The translations under genes and the position numbers were made by a program. 64,000 nucleotides of DNA, from positions 186,001-250,000 of the forward strand of contig CT868674.1 in NCBI GenBank assembly GCA_000165425.1, in the 5' to 3' direction. Below are positions 57,191 through 64,000 of this stretch, in pieces (the stretch's first letter is position 1; each line of letters begins with the position of its first letter). Under the pieces are notes generated by a model. That model did no database searches. It was not told the DNA's origin and was given only the letters and a program-made list of their open reading frames with translations. Source of the DNA: Paramecium tetraurelia (taxonomy: Eukaryota).

Positions 57191-58352
57191 ATGTAAAGCT
57201 AATTCCCTAGTTAATACCCCTAATTTGATGATTTAGAGGAAATAAGATAGTTCATAACAAGCAAAACAAATGCTATTGATCTCGGCCTTCAGATGCCACC
57301 CTACTTGTCATCCTTTTACTAGCCATTGAGAAAGCAAACTTTTTAAAATTATTTAGTATAAATTGTGATTTTAAAAATGCTAGGCTGCCAAAGTAAGCGA
57401 TCCAAATTAGAGGAAGCAGGCAATCTACAAATACATTCAATTAGTCGATATCGAAATATTGAGTTTATTTTCTGAATAGATCATTAAGCCCTATTAGAAT
57501 TTGATATTGGTGAGACACTACGGGATTCCTTAAGATTTGGATGTGGAGAAACTAAAATTGGACAATAAGACATTGGGGGCATTGAATGATTTGGCTAGTT
57601 CCATAGCATAGTGGAATCTTTAAATTGAAATAGCTGTCGACAATATTACGAGAGTTCAGTTGTACGACCTTTGGAATCCAACAGGAAAGATTAAGGAGGC
57701 CTAATTGACAGCTGAAATCAAGGGAATTCTCAGTCCATAAGATGATTTTGATTTTAAGGTATGTAAGTAAATAAAATTAGACCTATTCAAAACATATATT
57801 AATAAGATTGTTGGCTTAGGGAGCAGACAAATTTGGAAAGTATTTATATTCAAATGGTTTATCTGAATCAAATTTGTCATATGGTGCAGCCTTAGTGATA
57901 TATCACACCTTGGTTGGGAAGTCCGCTTTGCCATGGAATGTCATAATCCCTAATGTCTCATTAAAGTGGCTGGTATTGTTATGAATATAGCATGTAGTTT
58001 GGTGGATTGGTTGGATCTTTAGCTTTGGGTAAGGTTTCAACGTATTTGGAGAAATGTGATTAGGTGTAATAGTTAAGTGGATGTGCAGAGGTGTTTTAAG
58101 AGATTACAAGTTTTCTGATTAATTTCAATGAAACCATATCTGTTGCAATAAGTGAAGTATTACTGACAGTGAATGAAGAATAAGAGAAATAGAAGAAATA
58201 AAGTAATAAGTGTTTGATTTTAAATAGATTTGGGTAATCTGATTGATTAATTCCTTGAATCGCCAGAATCGATTAAGGATGGTTAGACTGAAATAATTAC
58301 TTGCGAGGATATTATTAAACATGAATAGGATGAGTGGCAAATAATTTAATGA
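57191..58352 (+). CDS. Hypothetical membrane-associated protein ending in DEWQII
   Basis: Four 22-28-nt introns join one frame; Gly-rich hydrophobic segments (YGAALVIYHTLVG; WLFGGLVGSLALG). Confidence 0.65.
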
Positions 58353-58397
58353 TTATTATATATGCAAAATAATTTAAATACTGTTATTATATATATT

Positions 58398-61300
58398 TCA
58401 TAGATATAACATAATTACTAATGGAAGAAGTAGATGTTACTGATAATTTTGATTGGATTTAGTTGAGTTAAACAGTGTGGGAATAGATTCAGGACCACTT
58501 TGACAAAAGCTTTTATATTGATTCCAATGACATTCATCCTTTCTAACCAAACATAATTCTTCTTGGTAATTGTAGTTGCATTACAAAGTGCATGAATTTA
58601 ATAATTAGCTCCATTCACACTTCGGGGATTGTGAGCAAATTGCAGATGTCATCAGATCATTGCATAAGAGTGAGGAACACTAATTATTAATGAAATAGCA
58701 AATTCCTTTGTATGAGTTGCATTCACAGACCTCTTTTATGAATTCACATTACACACATTTGTAATTTCTTAAGACACATGCATAATTGTTGACCTCATTG
58801 CCATGACATAATGAAGAGGATGTACCCAACATTGAACATGATTGTGATGTGCATATCTTAGTTGTATCTAGTAAATTTTGTTATTGCCAATTGCATTTTT
58901 GATTGTTGACAGTCAATTAGTTACAGATTGCTGGGTCATTAATTTCTTAGCAAGATTTTATGAGTTAGCATTAATTATTGATAAAAGCACAATTCTTCGT
59001 AAATTCACATTCTTGTTGTTCCTTGATATTATTGCATTGTTTCAATTTGCAAGTTCCATCAAAAATGCAATATTAGTTAAGACAGGACTCTGAGTATTTA
59101 CAAATTAATTCAAAATTATTATATGAGTAACATTGACTAGTGTTAACTATCTACAAACAAGCAGTTCCTTTGAAATAGATATTTTAACAATCATAGGAAT
59201 CTATAATGTCTTCACATCTACTTGCCTAAGCACACTATTTATATTTGTTGAGGTAACACTTTAAGTTATTTAAAGTCTAACCCTCACATTCATTTTATGA
59301 TAAATGTTGACACTATTTAAAAGAACACACATTTTGTTAATATCTGCATGAATTCTACATCTGACAATCCTATTTACTTAGATTATAACAAACTTCAGTG
59401 GAGGGAGGACAACCACACTTGGAAAAGTCATGATTCCAAATACAATACGAAAGTTATTTGCATGCATTGATATTTAAATTGTCACATTTAGTTTTGGTCA
59501 ATTGATAAACACATCTTTCTTCAATTTCATTATATTCAACATAACCATTGGCTAACATTCTACAGGTAAGTTCATTTACATTACTCAACGATATATATGA
59601 TTCTTGTAGGTTATCAAAATATTAACATTTATTATCTTTGAATATACATGGTTCATATAAGACTTTCATGCATCCCTGTTTATTTAATCCAATAGTAGAA
59701 CAAGTCAATTGATGTGGATTATAGATACTAGTGCAAGTCTAATTTGCAGAATTAAAAAGACACAACTTATCCTTGATTAACACACATGATTCTCGAGTGA
59801 CTTGTAGATCATCATCACAATAAAGTTTGATATCGATCAATTTACACTAATCAGCATGCCAATAATAATAGCCACTCTTGCTGAGACAAGCAAACTTAGA
59901 AATGCCTTCTAATTTAGTGTTATCAACGTAATTTACACAGCTATTATTATTGCCATATTGACACTTAAGTTAGGGTATCAATGAACAAGCCTTTATAGAA
60001 ACATTAGTAATTTCACTGCATTGTGAATACTTGGATTAGATTTAAAAATTGACACATTAATTATCGACATATTGACATGCATAATTCTTATTATTGACAC
60101 ATGTAAATTTACTTATTCCCTCAGAATCGCAATGTATATCATCCAATACAATACACGAGTTATTCATGTAAACCCTATTCTAAGAGAAGTTGCGACATAC
60201 ATTGATGTTAACGTTGATCATGAATTAGTCACCCTCTTGATAGTTTAAACATCTGAGATTAGACCATTTGCAATTTTAGGATGGATTAGTAATTCTAAGG
60301 CAAGTCCAAACATTGATGTCAGCATTACACGATAGAGTTGAAAATGTGGAGTCATCTTGGATATTCATGCATTAATTATGAATCCATTGACAGTAAGTGT
60401 TTGGTGTATGCAATTAGAGACAATCTGATAGGGTTAGTTAACTCTGACATGCAATATTGACAATTGGATCACCTAGATCGATTGAAGACTTATATTATAT
60501 CTGGTTGTAATTTAGGATATTTGTGCATTTATATTGTACATATGTTGTTTCCTGCTTTGAATAATAGATGCAGACATTCTTATTGGCTGTGGCTGGTAAG
60601 TTAAAGAAATCCACTTTGTGATTCAATACATATTCTAGACAACCTTTATTAGTATCCCAGATACAACTGAATACATCATTCAATAAACAGGATTGCTAAT
60701 TGTAAATAGAAAGACAAGATGTAATCTCCAATATTTCTTAGCATTGGTTATTATTCCATTCACAGGTTTTATTGATGACACTACGACATGCAAATTTACT
60801 ATAAGTAGTATCACATTCGACTGGAGTGTATGAGAAACTTTCACATGAGTTAGTCTATTAGTTGTACTTACATTTGAGATTCTAGTTGTTTCTACAAAAG
60901 TTGATGTAACCATTGGAAAGTTAGCATGAAGTGAAATCCTCAATCTTAATAGAACATTTTGAATTTGTCCATTGGCATATTTATCGAGTAATATTCTTGC
61001 ATGTATATTCTGAAACATCATCCTCACATTTCTGTAATATAAAATTAGCATCCTCACAAATGTCATCTTTCCAATAGCAATTGGCAAGTTTGGTTTCCGT
61101 CAAACAAGCCTCTCGATTTAAACCTAGACCTGTACATTTAAATACAGACTTGTATGTAGTTGTAGCCAATGATTCGCAACCTTGTTAATTCGACTTTTAG
61201 ATACACTTTAAACCACTTATTTTGGCACAAAGACCTTGAGAGTTTAAATTAGTTGCCACCACTTAGGCTTCACAACTAGTAACTGCAAATTATGTTTTTG

Positions 61301-64000
61301 TATCTTCTGAACATAAATTGTCATTTGAATTCCATTGACAATTTAATCTGGCTACTGCCAAACAAGCATTTTTATTAAGATTAGCGCATGAGGTCAAATA
61401 GGTGGCTTATTTAAGTGTTAATTCAACACATTCCTTATTGTACCATCTCAAGTAGAGAGTAGGTGAATAAACTGATCCTAGTAAATAACATGCCTTTTGA
61501 TTCAATTAATTAGTGTAATGCATTAATTTCAAGTTATCTGTTCTAATAGAGACCGTAGGACAAGTCCAATCATCATTATTAAAGAGGTAGGCAGCAGTCT
61601 CAATCTGAACACATCCATATCTATTAATTTTACTCGAAGCAGATAATGATGAGGATGTACAGGATTGATAAACAGAATTAACATAATTAGCATAGCATGC
61701 CAAATTAGCAAAGATGCATTGGATTTCAGATTAGATATCTGAGCATGAGTTAAAGTAGGAATAATAAGTGAGTTTACAAAGATGAGTATTGAAATCGTAA
61801 GCACATTGATTATTATCATTATCACTTATGGTTTAACAAAGATTATAATTGACCTGGATATTTTAGATACTAAGACAACTTGGTATATTTGATTCAACAT
61901 GTACACATTCGTTATTTATATATTAGTACAACAAATTATTCGTATTATTATCTAAGCAATTCTGACTCAGAGTAGTTTCCTTAATCTAACATAAATTTGT
62001 AGTAAAATCATAAGAACAATTAGGATACTGCTTGCAAAAGTGGAATGAAGTATAATCAAATTGATTGCATGTAAAGGAATCAAGTTCTGTTACATTAAAG
62101 CAGATACTATTGTGAAATACACAATATTATCCTTTTAATTTATTATTCACACATTAATCCTTGTTGATGATCTCATTACAAGTTCGAGGTAGCTAAAATT
62201 AACAATACCCATTCAAGAACTCGCAATAGATATTTTGGGATTTGCAAACACTCTAAGATAATCCTGGAAGATCACAAGGCACATTATTGACTTGACCAAC
62301 AATGCATTGTGAGTTGAAACCATAACAATTCTATGCACTCATTGAGCATGTTGACCAAGAATACGTTAAGATGGAATCTACTCTCTTGATACAATCAAAG
62401 CTTTATGGCAAACATTGTTTAAGATTAGAATTATAGACACATTTTAATTGGTTACTAGTAATGCATGCTTAGTAATTTCTCACTTCACATGCCACTGGAT
62501 TATGAGTTCTATGATATTAGCATTGATCTTGATAGAAGATGCATTTCCCAATAGTCCATTATAAACAAGCAGTCTACGACATTGCCAATAAATGGCAATA
62601 AGGTATAATGGATGATGTTAAGGCAATACATTTCATACTAGTGGTAGAATAATAACAATTATCTGTTGCTTTACTGCATATTATCTTATTAGTTGAAGTA
62701 CTTGCTGCCAAACTAGTACATGTTGACTTATTAAACTCTTAATTAGTGCATCTGGTATCTATGTAATCGAATTTCTAAAAGGTTGTGAATTTGCATCCTT
62801 ATGATGGATTGGCAATTTATTTACAAGCATCAGCATTGGCTTGTTCACACAACATTTCACTCAAGTACAATTAATCTAATCTACTCGATGTATTTGATAC
62901 ATCAAAACATTTGTTCTGATCAAATAAACAAGTTCCAGTAGTATATTATACGCATCTGTGAAAATTGATTGATTGACTAGCACCACAATCAGTTAAAACA
63001 TCATTTCTTACTTCGCAATTTAAAGTGCTCTCATTGAATTAGCAATGATGGTAATAGTGATATTAAATAGAGGTTGAAGCTCTTTGTGAAGTACAAGCCT
63101 GTCGATTGAGTTAAAATTGATCGCAGTATTGGAATAGCTGATCGTATTATCTGCATTCAGCGAAGTAAGTGTCCCACATGCATTTCTAATTCTGAGTCTC
63201 AATGCTCTTACATGTTGATTATGATACATAGGCAGTACAACTCAACTAGCTTAGCATTTCTTAACTAGTATCCATACATTTATCATTCAAAATATCGTAA
63301 TAACACTTACTAGTAGATTATAAACATGCAAATCTATTAAAATTGGATGAGCAATTGTTAATAATGATATCATTGTAACATAACTTTAGCTTTTCATCGT
63401 AAATACATGGTTGATTACTGTATACATTCATAACACACACATTTCGATTTACATTTCTCCATGAGATGCATTGAATATTATTCACTTCCTATATTGACAA
63501 TTCTACGCACTTCCCTTGATTCCATTGTCTGAATTGCTTAATGACATTCACATTGTAGCAATCACTCTCCTCTTAAATGAGTTGATCTTGTTGGGATCCT
63601 TCATAACAGGAGAATGACTCCCAATCATAGAGGCAATCATTAGTCGGATTTCTCACCTTAGCATTAAGACAGACTCTGAATGACACATTGGTTAATTGGT
63701 TGCAATAGTAGGTATCACTATTCAAAATAGTCATACACTAATTCAAATAGTCATCCCATTTACAGAGATCATTGACAATATTATAGCAATGGTACTTGTT
63801 AATCATTCTGTTGTTGCAATTAATTTGTAATTTGACCTAATATTCACATTGGTAATTAATTGGATTAAACATAACTAAAATAGTCTATATAAATAGATAT
63901 ACAATTATCTTTCCTAAAGTTTATACACATATTCCTGTTCATTTTGTACACATATGGCAGTGTATTAAACAAGTACTTCAATTCGTAATCAATGAAATTA
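58398..64000 (-). CDS. Giant cysteine-rich surface protein with GPI-type tail; 5' end beyond window
   Basis: More than 1860 codons with periodic Cys and CxW/CxY motifs; the stop and three supplied ORF fragments share a frame. Ends ...QHLLLPLVIMLYL-TGA. Confidence 0.85.

Overview
This is AT-rich, gene-dense eukaryotic DNA that reads as a ciliate macronuclear chromosome, most consistent with Paramecium. TAA and TAG encode Gln, TGA is the only stop, and introns are tiny (~20-30 nt, GT..AG). The supplied standard-code ORF track is therefore mostly fragments or artefacts. Re-reading by eye in the ciliate code gives about 35 protein genes. These include a cytosolic HSP70 with heat-shock elements, a SAM methyltransferase, a ~1900-aa BLTP2/FMP27/Hobbit-like lipid-transfer protein, axonemal dynein p28, a hybrid histidine kinase, a cNMP-binding protein, KGD4/MRPS36, two HSFs, a tandem-UBA protein, CLEC16A/FPL-like and DZIP1-like proteins, a MADS-box factor, a PKA-like pseudokinase, a trichocyst-matrix-like protein, a TEY MAPK, a MORN protein, ALDH3, two tandem ATE1-like genes and a giant Cys-rich GPI-type surface protein. 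The most striking non-coding structure is a tandem cluster of seven box C/D snoRNA genes (24.43-25.01 kb, minus strand) whose assignable guides all match conserved LSU rRNA methylation sites. All gene models and family calls were made by eye without database searches, and rRNA targets come from recalled conserved sequence.
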